Shown: positions 29,555 to 38,399, counted from the first letter of the stretch. The stretch: DNA of 64,000 bases from Acidobacteriota bacterium (GCA_965248695.1 CBDFKD010000002.1:5184001-5248000), one strand, 5' to 3'. Made by a program: numbers and translations. The notes: a model not told the origin generated them from the sequence alone.

Positions 29555-29757
29555 TGAGCAAATTTTCGTTGTCTCAACGTGTAATGAAGCATCTGGGCCC
29601 GTGGCAGCGCGCGCAGTCGCTCGCAGTGCGGATCGCTAAGGCGGTGGTGCTGGTGTGCCTAGCGTTCGGCGTGGTGTTCGCCGGGTTTTTCGGCAAGGTG
29701 CTGATCGTCGTCGTGCTGCTCGGCTGGGCGGCGCTGGCGGTGCTGGTGGGGCTATGA
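29554..29757 (+). CDS. Small two-TM membrane protein
   Basis: Two hydrophobic stretches; TGATG-coupled. Confidence 0.5.
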   Translation: MSKFSLSQRVMKHLGPWQRAQSLAVRIAKAVVLVCLAFGVVFAGFFGKVLIVVVLLGWAALAVLVGL

Positions 29758-29788
29758 GACTCGCCGGCCTGCTCGCCTGGGGGCTGCC

Positions 29789-30145
29789 ATGAGCGACGAC
29801 AAGCGCCTGATTGCCGTGTTGGGAGGGCTAACAGGCGTCGGTGTCCTGCTGCTACTGCTGGGGCTGGCCTCCGAGGTCCGCACGGCGACCGGTGTCTCAC
29901 CCACGAATCTGGGGCTCGTGCTACAGGCATTCGGCAAACGCCTTCTGGCCGTGACGCTTGGCCTGGGGGTGCACCAGGTGATCGACCGCGCCTTCCTGCC
30001 GTTCCTGCGCATTGAGCAGGCCTTTCGCCGGGAGGGCAAGTTCTCCACCGATGCCATGAGCAATGAGGAGCGCATGGTGTGGGTCGCCGGTTGGTTCTTG
30101 ACCTTGGCGGTCATCGTCCTCGCCTTCGCCTCGGCGGCGAGCTAA
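29789..30145 (+). CDS. Putative holin (three TM segments)
   Basis: Three hydrophobic segments directly upstream of the endolysin. Confidence 0.6.
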   Translation: MSDDKRLIAVLGGLTGVGVLLLLLGLASEVRTATGVSPTNLGLVLQAFGKRLLAVTLGLGVHQVIDRAFLPFLRIEQAFRREGKFSTDAMSNEERMVWVAGWFLTLAVIVLAFASAAS

Positions 30146-30663
30146 TGGCCGGCGCGATCCAGGTCACAGCCGCGCTGTTGGCGGTGTTCTATGGCGAGCT
30201 CGCCGGCGCGGGGTTGCCACTCGATCCGTTCGAGTCGCGGTTTCGGGCGCAGATCCAAGTGGAGTCGGCTTGGCGGCCCGAGGCGCGCTCCAAGTACGCC
30301 GCCGGACTCGCACAGTTCACCCCTGCCACGTGGAGCGACATCGCGCCGTACACCGAGCCCTCGTGCGCTGGCGCCCCCGAGACTGACCCGGCCTGCTCGA
30401 TCCGCTCGCAGATCGTGTACATGCGCCGACTATTGATCCGATACAGCGACTCGGCGACCCCGGAGGACCAGTGGGCGTTTGCCTCGGCTGCCTACAACGG
30501 CGGTCCTGGATGGATCAGCCGCGAGAAGGCGCGGTGTGCGGCGGCTCCAGACTGCGAGCCGCGCCGCTGGTGGGGCCACGTCGAGCTGCACTGTTTACGC
30601 GCCGCGTGGGCGTGCCGTGAAAACCGCGCCTACCCGCGCAAAATCGTCGCGCGGCTGCCGTAG
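30145..30663 (+). CDS. Endolysin, SLT-type lytic transglycosylase
   Basis: QIQVESAW, AAGLAQF.PATW, AAYNGGPG; hydrophobic N-terminus. Confidence 0.9.
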   Translation: MAGAIQVTAALLAVFYGELAGAGLPLDPFESRFRAQIQVESAWRPEARSKYAAGLAQFTPATWSDIAPYTEPSCAGAPETDPACSIRSQIVYMRRLLIRYSDSATPEDQWAFASAAYNGGPGWISREKARCAAAPDCEPRRWWGHVELHCLRAAWACRENRAYPRKIVARLP

Positions 30664-30670
30664 CGAAAGC

Positions 30671-31360
30671 ATGAGACTCCGCACTGCCATTCTCCTCATC
30701 GCCCTCGCCACCCTCGTGGGCTTCGGTGCCGGATGGTGGCACTTCGCACCCTCGCTGCTGTCGCCTGAGGGGCTGGTCGGGCTGGCCTCGGGGCTGCTGG
30801 ATCAGCAGCGCCGCGAGTCGCTGGCCCAGTACGAGGCGATGCAGGCGACCCACGCGGCCGAGATCGCCGCCTATGAAGCCGACCTCTCCGCTACAGAACG
30901 AGCGCTCGGCCAGCTGGGTCTCCGACTCGCCGAGCGCGATGCAGAGGCGGTCGAGGCGGAGCAGGCCCTTGGCCGCACTCTCCAGCTGGCGGCACAGCGC
31001 GAGGCGCAGCTGCGCGATGAGATCTTGGCGGCCGTCCCCGGGCTCGAGGTGCCCCTGGAGGAGCTACAGGCACAGCACCGCGGCGTGGTGAAGGGGTTCG
31101 AGCTACGGGTCAAGGCGCTGCAGCAGAGCGTCGAGACTCGTGACCAGCTGATCGTGAACCTGCGACAGCAGCTGGGTACCACTCGCCAGCTATACGAGAC
31201 AACGCAAGCGCGGCTCGACCTGGCGGAGGCGCGGCGCAAGAGCCTCGAAGGACGGCGCGTGCGGCTAGCTCCAGCGCTGCTGATCGGCGGGATACGCGAC
31301 CTGAGCGGCACAGACGGCTGGAGGGCTGGCGTCGCCGTCGGGATTGCGATCACCTGGTAG
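30671..31360 (+). CDS. Spanin-like protein (N-terminal TM, coiled coil, C-terminal beta strand ending in Trp)
   Basis: Last gene of the lysis cluster; heptad repeats; ends GVAVGIAITW. Confidence 0.6.
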   Translation: MRLRTAILLIALATLVGFGAGWWHFAPSLLSPEGLVGLASGLLDQQRRESLAQYEAMQATHAAEIAAYEADLSATERALGQLGLRLAERDAEAVEAEQALGRTLQLAAQREAQLRDEILAAVPGLEVPLEELQAQHRGVVKGFELRVKALQQSVETRDQLIVNLRQQLGTTRQLYETTQARLDLAEARRKSLEGRRVRLAPALLIGGIRDLSGTDGWRAGVAVGIAITW

Positions 31361-31412
31361 GAACCTCGAAGCTGCGCCTGACCAATCCGGTGCCGAGACG
31401 GTGAGGATGCAG

Positions 31413-32111
31413 CTAGCTGGAGTTGAACCGAACCTCTAGCTCCTTGACAACATCCAGCAGGGTTGCTGTCGACGCCGGTAACAATACGTAGTACAGCGGC
31501 TCTCCGTCTCCAGCACCGGCCCGCGGTTCGATAACAAAAACCTTTTCGGCGAGAGTTGCCGCAAATGACGTGACGCTGTCTTTGGCCTCGTAGGTCACGC
31601 GGTACCCGATGCGCAACGGGAGCAAATGGTGTTCGTCAGCGTAGGGGCTCACGGTTGCCGGTTCGAGGGTCTGCTCGACGAACTCCTGGAACGCAGAGGA
31701 GAACATCCGTCGAAAGTCGATGTCGAGGGTGCAGATGCAGAAACTGTCCTGTGTCTCTGCGATGGGGACCATCGCGTCAACGTCGCACAGGCCGGACTCG
31801 ACGAAACACTGCATGAGCTGGGCGTGGAACTCGTCCGCGTTTTCCGATGTGCCGAGCACCGTCGAGGAGATCCGCCGGGGCTCTACCCGCGTATGCATGA
31901 TCGGCACCGCCGTGTCTTCGTCCAGCTGGTACGCGCCCCTCTCGAATACCACGGTATCTAGCCCGGCTTCGCCCAGGTTCGGGTTTACGTTGTTGAAACC
32001 GAACTCGGTGATGAGCTTGTTGCCAAGGCCTGCTGACAACACGGCCCCCGCAGGAAGCACGTCCGATCTAAAGATGCGCGTCTGGCTGACGCTCAGTCGT
32101 CGAACCTTCAC
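31413..32111 (-). CDS. Hypothetical protein, third gene of a TA-like operon
   Basis: GTGA-coupled to the HTH gene. Confidence 0.6.
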   Translation of the reverse strand: MKVRRLSVSQTRIFRSDVLPAGAVLSAGLGNKLITEFGFNNVNPNLGEAGLDTVVFERGAYQLDEDTAVPIMHTRVEPRRISSTVLGTSENADEFHAQLMQCFVESGLCDVDAMVPIAETQDSFCICTLDIDFRRMFSSAFQEFVEQTLEPATVSPYADEHHLLPLRIGYRVTYEAKDSVTSFAATLAEKVFVIEPRAGAGDGEPLYYVLLPASTATLLDVVKELEVRFNSS

Positions 32112-32782
32112 GCGACTATCCCCTGCTCAGCTCCGCTGGAGATTCCGGACGCCGGGCGCGCCTGAACCGAGGGGGCAATCGAGTCGTCCATTGTGCTGGC
32201 GTAGTGGGAGATGTCGTCCTGCGGGATGAGACTACTGGCCCCTTGGGATTCCAGCCCGCTCTGGGGCACGCAGCTTGGTGCCAGATGCTGTTGGGTTGGT
32301 GCTCCTGGGGCGGGGTACCACCACATTGCCTTGCTGCCGATCGACGAGCCGGCAGAATGCCATATGCGAAGAAGGTCCGCGATCGTGATGGCAGTAGACG
32401 TATCCTCCTCTACTGCTCGGCCGTGGAACTCTGGATCCTCGTCAAACGAGGCCTGCCACAGGGTGGCAGGGCTGCGATCCTCGATCTCAAACAGCATCTC
32501 ACCAAAGCTCTCGAACCGCACCGACAATCCGATGTCGAAGATCTCGGCCAGCCGCTTAAGCGTCCCGATCCGCCCCGCCGGTTCGTTCGGATCCTCTAGG
32601 CGGGAAATAGCTGACTGGCCGGTTCCGAGGAGTTCGGCAAGTTGCTCCTGAGATAGGCCCCGGTGCTTCCGGAGGATCCGAATCTGTGACGCTACGACAG
32701 AATCGACGAACGAGTCGATGTAGGCATGCCGGTACTCTGGGTCACGAAACTCCTCGCGTAAGTGGTCTATGTCACGGGTCAA
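32108..32782 (-). CDS. XRE-family HTH antitoxin (HigA-like) with a long C-terminal extension
   Basis: QIRILRKHRGLSQEQLAELLGTGQSAISRLE. Confidence 0.8.
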   Translation of the reverse strand: MTRDIDHLREEFRDPEYRHAYIDSFVDSVVASQIRILRKHRGLSQEQLAELLGTGQSAISRLEDPNEPAGRIGTLKRLAEIFDIGLSVRFESFGEMLFEIEDRSPATLWQASFDEDPEFHGRAVEEDTSTAITIADLLRIWHSAGSSIGSKAMWWYPAPGAPTQQHLAPSCVPQSGLESQGASSLIPQDDISHYASTMDDSIAPSVQARPASGISSGAEQGIVA

Positions 32783-33161
32783 AACGCTGCCTCCAATCCG
32801 CGTCGTCGATGATCGCTACTCGTCGCTTATTGGCTTTCGCACAACTGTTCCGGGGGTTCCACTTGCCGCCCACCTCGAACGCGCCCATCAGGAACGTGAA
32901 CTCCGTGGTCTTGTCGATCGGCCCCTTGCACAATATGGGTCGTAGCTGCACTCCTCCGACTTGGATGCGGAGCTTGTAGAGATGCCGGTACTTCCGTGTC
33001 GCGTCTTTGATTGGACCGGCAAGGAGCTCTGTCGAAACCGTCGGACCCTCTTCCCTGAGCAGTTTCGCCTTGTCGTTGAATCTGGCCTGCGCCCGACGCT
33101 GAAGACCATCGCGCCAGGAGGTAATCGTCCCCTGGCCTCTACCATCTACGTACTCATGCAA
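32772..33161 (-). CDS. RelE/HigB/Gp49-like toxin (start uncertain)
   Basis: LYKLRI.VG.VQLRPIL, FTFLMGAFE; lies upstream of the HTH antitoxin. Confidence 0.65.
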   Translation of the reverse strand: MHEYVDGRGQGTITSWRDGLQRRAQARFNDKAKLLREEGPTVSTELLAGPIKDATRKYRHLYKLRIQVGGVQLRPILCKGPIDKTTEFTFLMGAFEVGGKWNPRNSCAKANKRRVAIIDDADWRQRFDP

Positions 33162-33610
33162 GGAGAAGATGGGCGTTGACGGTACCTTATCACGATACTG
33201 TGATGCTGCGAGTTGACGGCGCTTTCGGCGACTCACCTGGCGGGCAGCGATTATCACGGGCCATCCGGCGGGTATCGGGCGCACCCCCCAGTTCCTCCCC
33301 CACCGTAGAAAACACCGTGCGGCCCTTCGAAAAGGCCGCCCGGCGCTTGCGGGCACGTCGAAGCCCCTCAGCTTCGCGCGGCGGGAAAGATAGCACGCGA
33401 GAAGATCGCCGGCACTTCAGCTGCCTGCCAGCAGATGCGGCGCCAGGCATGGCACAGGTGCTCGCGGCCAAAAAGCGGTCTTGATGAGCAACCAAAAGAG
33501 CGGCCGGAGGAGGTATCGTAGCGAACGTACCGTTCCGACCGCTCTTTCGTTCTTCGTGTACCGGGTGGTGGTGGGCTGGTGCCGGCTCCGGGCTTCCTAT
33601 CTACGGGTCA

Positions 33611-33635
33611 CGGGTTCGATCCCCGCCACCTCCAC
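33611..33635 (+). other. Fragment resembling a tmRNA/tRNA 3' end
   Basis: CGGGTTCGATCCCCGCCACCTCCAC; no matching 5' half found. Confidence 0.5.
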
Positions 33636-33719
33636 ACCGTTACCACCACACTAAACCTCCCGCGCACGTAGTCGTCAACGCTGATCGGCCACTCGGGTAC
33701 AAAATAAGGCTGGAGCATT

Positions 33720-33995
33720 TCATTTGCCGGCTTCGGGGGCAACGAAGATCTCCTTCGCATCGTGCGATGACAGCGTGATTTCCCGGTCCTCGTTATCGCC
33801 GATGTAACCAACGTCTGCGAGCGTCACAGTTCTTCCAACATCTTCCGGTGCTACCACGATGCTCAGAGGCAGTTCGGAGGATCTCGGAAACATGTACATT
33901 CGCGTTAGGAAGCCGCGATTCACAGCCTCAGCCAACTCAGCGGCAGCAACGTCTTTCGTGATGCCTTCGATGCTCGCGTATTCAGCTACGTCCAA
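33720..33995 (-). CDS. Hypothetical protein (possibly a fragment)
   Basis: 91-codon ORF with protein-like composition. Confidence 0.45.
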   Translation of the reverse strand: MDVAEYASIEGITKDVAAAELAEAVNRGFLTRMYMFPRSSELPLSIVVAPEDVGRTVTLADVGYIGDNEDREITLSSHDAKEIFVAPEAGK

Positions 33996-34112
33996 ATAGC
34001 GCCCCCCCGTTCGACGGTATACAGTCTCGATCTAAATAGCACCTAGCCCGAGGGTAGAGAGACAATCCGATCAGAGGAAGGTGCTCTCTACCCTCGGGGG
34101 CTTGGATCTGGT

Positions 34113-34238
34113 CGCATCAAGAGCCTCAGCGGCCGGCGGATCAGGTTCGGGCGGCCCGCCGTGCTCATCGGTGCCGTGCGGAGCCCTGGGCGTGGATGGG
34201 AGCCGGGTGTCGCCGTCGGGATCGCGGTTACCTGGTAG
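34113..34238 (+). pseudogene. Diverged second copy of the spanin-like gene 3' end
   Basis: RIKSLSGRRIRFGRPAVLIGAVRSPGRGWEPGVAVGIAVTW* aligns with the end of 30671-31360. Confidence 0.8.
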
Positions 34239-34251
34239 GGAGGCGTGTGAT

Positions 34252-34551
34252 TTACCCCAACACCACTAGAGTATCGATCGTTGTCCCTAGCGCTCTAGCA
34301 ATGCGGGACAGCGCGGCTGTAGAGCCGGGCTTGAGCCCACGTTCGATCTCAGACAGATATCCTGTAGCGATGCCCGTCTTGGCGGTGAGGTCGCGCACTG
34401 TGATGCCGTAGTGGGCGCGGAATGCAACGATTGGGCGTTCACCCTCCATAATGGCAAGTGCCACCTCGTGCGGGATACGGCTCCCATCATCTGCCTCGAG
34501 TGCGGCTAACCGATCCTCAAGTTCTTCCTTGCTGGCAACAAGGGCATCGTG
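34252..34551 (-). pseudogene. 5'-truncated XRE HTH antitoxin
   Basis: EELEDRLAA...IPHEVALAIMEGERPI.AFR...GYLSEIERG; in-frame TAA just upstream and no start codon for the N-terminal part. Confidence 0.65.
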
Positions 34552-34722
34552 AATTTATTGCAATTCATAATTTCTGGATAATTTGCAGTTGCTTCTGCAG
34601 TTCACCTGTACTGAACGAAGACGAAGTGATCGACCAGTACGGCATCGCGCCCGAGCGGGAACACCAGAAAGGCCGCCTGCGGCTGATCAGCTTACGAGAG
34701 GCGTCTGCCTGAGAAGAAAGGT

Positions 34723-34807
34723 GCCATCGTGGCGAAATCGGCAAACGCACCCGGTTTGCGACCGGGCGGCTGTCTAGGCCTTGTGGGTTCGAGTCCCACC
34801 GATGGCA
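34723..34807 (+). tRNA. tRNA with TGC (Ala) anticodon on a Leu-type body
   Basis: Acceptor GCCATCG/CGATGGC, D-arm GCG/CGC, anticodon stem CCCGG/CCGGG with loop TTTGCGA, long variable arm, T-arm GTGGG-TTCGAGT-CCCAC, A73. Confidence 0.9.
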
Positions 34808-34879
34808 CCTAAAGTACCTCCAGCAGCATCGAACCGTAGCCGCCGTGCCGCCACGATGGCGAATGTTACTTGTAACAGT

Positions 34880-35035
34880 ATGGCGCAACGTGACACAGAC
34901 CGTAAGGAACCGTCGAAGCCCGGCCCTGATGCCGAGCGGCTGAAGATCGACGACGATCCCGAGGAAGCCCTACAGCGGCTCCTGAAGAACGCCCCCGCGC
35001 CAGAAGAACCGCGACCGCCCCGTCGACCGCGTTGA
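34880..35035 (+). CDS. Small hypothetical protein
   Basis: 51-codon ATG ORF (RLKIDDDPEEALQRLL). Confidence 0.4.
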   Translation: MAQRDTDRKEPSKPGPDAERLKIDDDPEEALQRLLKNAPAPEEPRPPRRPR

Positions 35036-35305
35036 CTGACAACAGCCGGTATTCAGCGACCGTCGCCACCCTCAGCAGATTTCAACAGGTACATACTCCC
35101 GAATACCTTTGAACAAAATATCGGGTGGCCCTCGTTTCTTCGATAGGCCACCCGAAGAAGTCCCGTAGCTCAGGGACACCCGTCTCACGTGCCCCCTAGG
35201 TTAGCACAAGCGAAGCGCTCCACAGCGCCGGTTTTGAGATAACGAACCAAAGGTGGTCGTCGTGAATGCCGGTCGTGTCGTGAAAGCTGTCGCCGGCCTC
35301 AACAA

Positions 35306-35418
35306 TCACCCCGCTGCACCAGCTGATCGGATTATGTCGACCTTCTTGCTGAACGCGTTTGTTAGGCGAGTAAATCTGCGCATGTTCATGCGCATGGTCA
35401 GGTTCTGCCGCTCGATTC
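35306..35418 (-). pseudogene. Fragment of an IS1-family transposase
   Basis: IERQNLTMRMNMRRFTRLTNAFSKK matches the core of 36749-37585. Confidence 0.8.
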
Positions 35419-35577
35419 GCCGGAGAGCCGATGAGCTAGAAGAACTTCTCATCGAAAGCGTCGATGACCCATCCGACCTCGACCACGAGCGCGTCAAGGC
35501 TCTCGAATACAGCCAAGCCGGTATCAGGCCCCATACCTTCGCCGAAGACTACGCGCGCGACCACAAGCGTATCCATT
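35416..35577 (+). repeat. 162-bp exact direct repeat of 40236-40397
   Basis: Base-for-base identity read from the sequence. Confidence 0.9.
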
Positions 35578-35788
35578 CGGCAACTAATGCAGATCCGAAT
35601 CCGAAAATGAGAGCAAACCGCAACAGCGATCGCGTCGGCTGCGAGAATGCCCCCGGCAAACGGGTGCTGTCCTAATTTGAACTGCTCGAAGTTTATGAGT
35701 GATTTACAACGATTTATATCATGCAGGATGGACTCTCCCTTAACTTACTTTATACTTTCACTTAAATCGTATTGACGGGAGAGAGACT

Positions 35789-36391
35789 ATGGTTCTAGGC
35801 TCTGACAGGTTGTGGGAAACGGCGTTTAGGGGACTCATGGACCCGAAATTGCTTGTCGAAAGGTACCAGTACTTATCCAGGAAGCGACGCGAGATCGAGG
35901 GGAAGATGGCGGCCCTGGCGGAAATGCAGCAAGTCTTAGGGGTGGAATTGGACGACGTAAACGACCAGCGCGCCATGCTTTGGCTTCAGCTCGATCGACA
36001 GGCTCTGCTTGATCGTGACGATATCCGCGAGTATCTCGGTGACGCCACGAAGCCGCCTGGCATCAAGCGCGTGCGTGCCGAACAGGTAGACCGAGACTTG
36101 ATGAGATACCTGGCCAATCAAGATGGTCGGGAATGGCGCGTCCGGGACATCCTCACGCACAAGAACGCCATGCGGCTCGGCCATATGTCTGATAGCGGTG
36201 TTCGGGCGGCGATTAACCGCGCCATCGAGCGCGGCGAACTGGAGAAGACTGGCGGATGGGGGATCGTTCGCGTATCGGACCGAGGTAAGGAGTCTTACGG
36301 TCTTGATGCCGAGGCTGACTTGGAAGAACAAGACATGGACCTGGCCGAGAAAGAGGCCATGGAAAAGGAGAAGGCTAGGCCACCGTTCTGA
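35789..36391 (+). CDS. Hypothetical protein (possible winged-helix C-terminal domain)
   Basis: 200-aa ORF after an AT-rich promoter-like region. Confidence 0.6.
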   Translation: MVLGSDRLWETAFRGLMDPKLLVERYQYLSRKRREIEGKMAALAEMQQVLGVELDDVNDQRAMLWLQLDRQALLDRDDIREYLGDATKPPGIKRVRAEQVDRDLMRYLANQDGREWRVRDILTHKNAMRLGHMSDSGVRAAINRAIERGELEKTGGWGIVRVSDRGKESYGLDAEADLEEQDMDLAEKEAMEKEKARPPF

Positions 36392-36442
36392 ACAAAGAGC
36401 CCGCCGCTGCGGTAACAGCGACGGGCTCCGACAACTTGTGAT

Positions 36443-36517
36443 GGCCTCGTGGACAACAGACGGTCAAGTCGCGGGACTGGAAATCCCGAGATCCCGGTTC
36501 GACACCGGGCGGGGCCT
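36443..36517 (+). tRNA. tRNA with GGA (Ser) anticodon on a Cys-type body
   Basis: Acceptor GGCCTCG/CGGGGCC, anticodon stem CGGGA/TCCCG with loop CTGGAAA, 4-nt variable loop, T-arm CCCGG-TTCGACA-CCGGG, T73. Confidence 0.85.
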
Positions 36518-36748
36518 CACCTTTCTCCCCTGACAGCAAGGAGGGTCAGATGATAGCGCGAGCACCACCGTCAGCGCATCCCTGAACGCCGAAGGGGCCG
36601 GGGTGCGTCTCACGATGCTCCCCGGCCACCTATAAGTCGCCCGGCCCGCTGCACGAACAGCGAACCGGGCTAGATCCAAGACGCGGGCATAGGCCGCATC
36701 GGACCCTCACAGCCATTGTGGTCCTGCCCGCCATCCGGAGCAAGACCG

Positions 36749-37585
36749 ATGGCGAACGTACTGGCCCCCGAGAAGAAGCGCATGATCATCGCCGCCCTGG
36801 TGGAGGGCAACAGCATCCGCAGCATCGAGCGCATGACCGGCTGTCACCGAGACACGATCTGCCGGCTGCTCGTGCGGGTAGGTGAAGGCTGCGAAGCCAT
36901 GATGCGCGAGCGGTTCACCGGTTTGCGCCTTGACGATCTCCAGGTCGATGAAATCTGGACCTACGTCCAGAAGAAGCAGGCCACGGTGATCAGGTCCGGC
37001 AAGCGCGTGAATCCCAAGCATGGTGATCAATGGGTTTTCGTCGCGCTCGATGCCGAAACGAAGTTGGTGCCGCATTGGATCGTCGGCAAGCGCGACGGCT
37101 ACAACTCCTACCAGATGATCTCGGAGCTGGCCCGTAGGATCGACGGGCCGTTCCAACTGACCACGGACGCTTTCGCTGGCTACAAGGCCGCTCTCGGAGT
37201 CGTGGCGGCTCGTGGTATCGACTACGCACAGCAGACCAAGAGCTATACGGCCACGAATCCATCCTTCGGACGTTACTCACCACCAAGGGTCAGCCACTGC
37301 ACAACTCAGGTTGTGGCCGGAGATCCAGATCCGGAGGCGATCTCCACGAGCTACGTCGAGCGTCAGAACCTGACCATGCGGATGAGTATGCGACGGTTCA
37401 CCCGGCTGACGAACGGCTTCTCAAAGTCGCTGCGCAACCTGGAAGCCGCTGTGTCGCTGCACTTCGCCTGGTACAACTTCGTGCGGATTCACGACAGCCT
37501 GCGGAGCACGCCGGCCGTTGTGGCCGAAGTAGTTAGTACCGAGTTGGCGATGGACGACCTGCTGGCCTTCGAGGCGGGCTACTAA
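36749..37585 (+). CDS. IS1-family DDE transposase
   Basis: LVEGNSIRSIERMTG, QVDEIWTYV.KK, TTDAF, YVERQNLTMRM.MRRFTRLTNGFSK, YNFVRIH. Confidence 0.9.
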   Translation: MANVLAPEKKRMIIAALVEGNSIRSIERMTGCHRDTICRLLVRVGEGCEAMMRERFTGLRLDDLQVDEIWTYVQKKQATVIRSGKRVNPKHGDQWVFVALDAETKLVPHWIVGKRDGYNSYQMISELARRIDGPFQLTTDAFAGYKAALGVVAARGIDYAQQTKSYTATNPSFGRYSPPRVSHCTTQVVAGDPDPEAISTSYVERQNLTMRMSMRRFTRLTNGFSKSLRNLEAAVSLHFAWYNFVRIHDSLRSTPAVVAEVVSTELAMDDLLAFEAGY

Positions 37586-37698
37586 TGCTCGGTGATTTCC
37601 ACAGGATATCCACAACGGGTGGCGCTCCTGTTGATGATGACCCCCAACATGTTGTGGTCGTGATGTTGACCACGGGACTTCCCGCAGGCTACAACAAC

Positions 37699-37729
37699 AA
37701 AGACCCGACGGGTTCACCGTCGGGCCTTT
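37699..37729. terminator. Possible bidirectional terminator hairpin
   Basis: AAAGACCCGACGG-GTTCA-CCGTCGGGCCTTT. Confidence 0.5.
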
Positions 37730-37879
37730 GACCAAACCAGTTGTCACCCGGCGTAGGCGCGCCGGGACTTTGATGCTCTGTCGGAGCATAGGCCGCTCTG
37801 ACCTTGAGCGTCAAGTCGCACCCGGTGCGTCTGTCGGGTGGCAACGCAGCGCCCGCATTATGCGGGAGGAGTAACTGCA

Positions 37880-38035
37880 ATGCCAACTACAGGCAAGACT
37901 GCCACCACGTCCGGGATCTACCGGGCCAGCGACTGCGGCTACGAAATCGCCCTCAGCCGAGGGGAACGATTTCCACCGTGTCCGATGCATCGGCGTGCTG
38001 TGACGTGGACTCTGGTGAGGGCGACGAAGCACTAA
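37880..38035 (+). CDS. Small YjzC-like zinc-ribbon protein
   Basis: GGAGGAG RBS; TG...SGIY...C...GERFPPC. Confidence 0.6.
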   Translation: MPTTGKTATTSGIYRASDCGYEIALSRGERFPPCPMHRRAVTWTLVRATKH

Positions 38036-38399
38036 CGTAGCCCGACACCGCATCACTGTTGTAACCGAAGAGGTGCCCCATTACCCAATCGGGGCACCTC
38101 TTCCTCGTCTCCAAGAGAGCTTCTAGGGCGTAGGCGTGACGATATACGCCTAGCGCCCACTGGCCGCGTTCGACCTCCAAGAGGAACCCGCTGATCGGCA
38201 GCGATAGCGAGGACAAGAGAGTCTGTAGCTCGCTGGCGAACGCGGGCAAGTCTTCGCTCGCGATGTTGCGCGCTCCGACCTCGGCAATGGGTTTACCACC
38301 CCAAGCTACCCATTCGGCATACGCCGAAATCCGGCCCGCTTCGTAGTCGGTGATCATTTTTTTGAGATCACTCCGATCCGGCGCGCTGTCGCCCTCCAT
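37953..38399 (-). CDS. Hypothetical protein
   Basis: Protein-like ORF (GKP.A, W..G.LFGY); 3' end overlaps the neighbouring gene. Confidence 0.5.
   Translation of the reverse strand: MEGDSAPDRSDLKKMITDYEAGRISAYAEWVAWGGKPIAEVGARNIASEDLPAFASELQTLLSSLSLPISGFLLEVERGQWALGVYRHAYALEALLETRKRCPDWVMGHLFGYNSDAVSGYVSASSPSPESTSQHADASDTVEIVPLG

Noticed and set aside
37595-37616. DnaA-box-like sequences (TTTCCACAG, ATATCCACA)
   Set aside because: Imperfect, only two, and no origin context.
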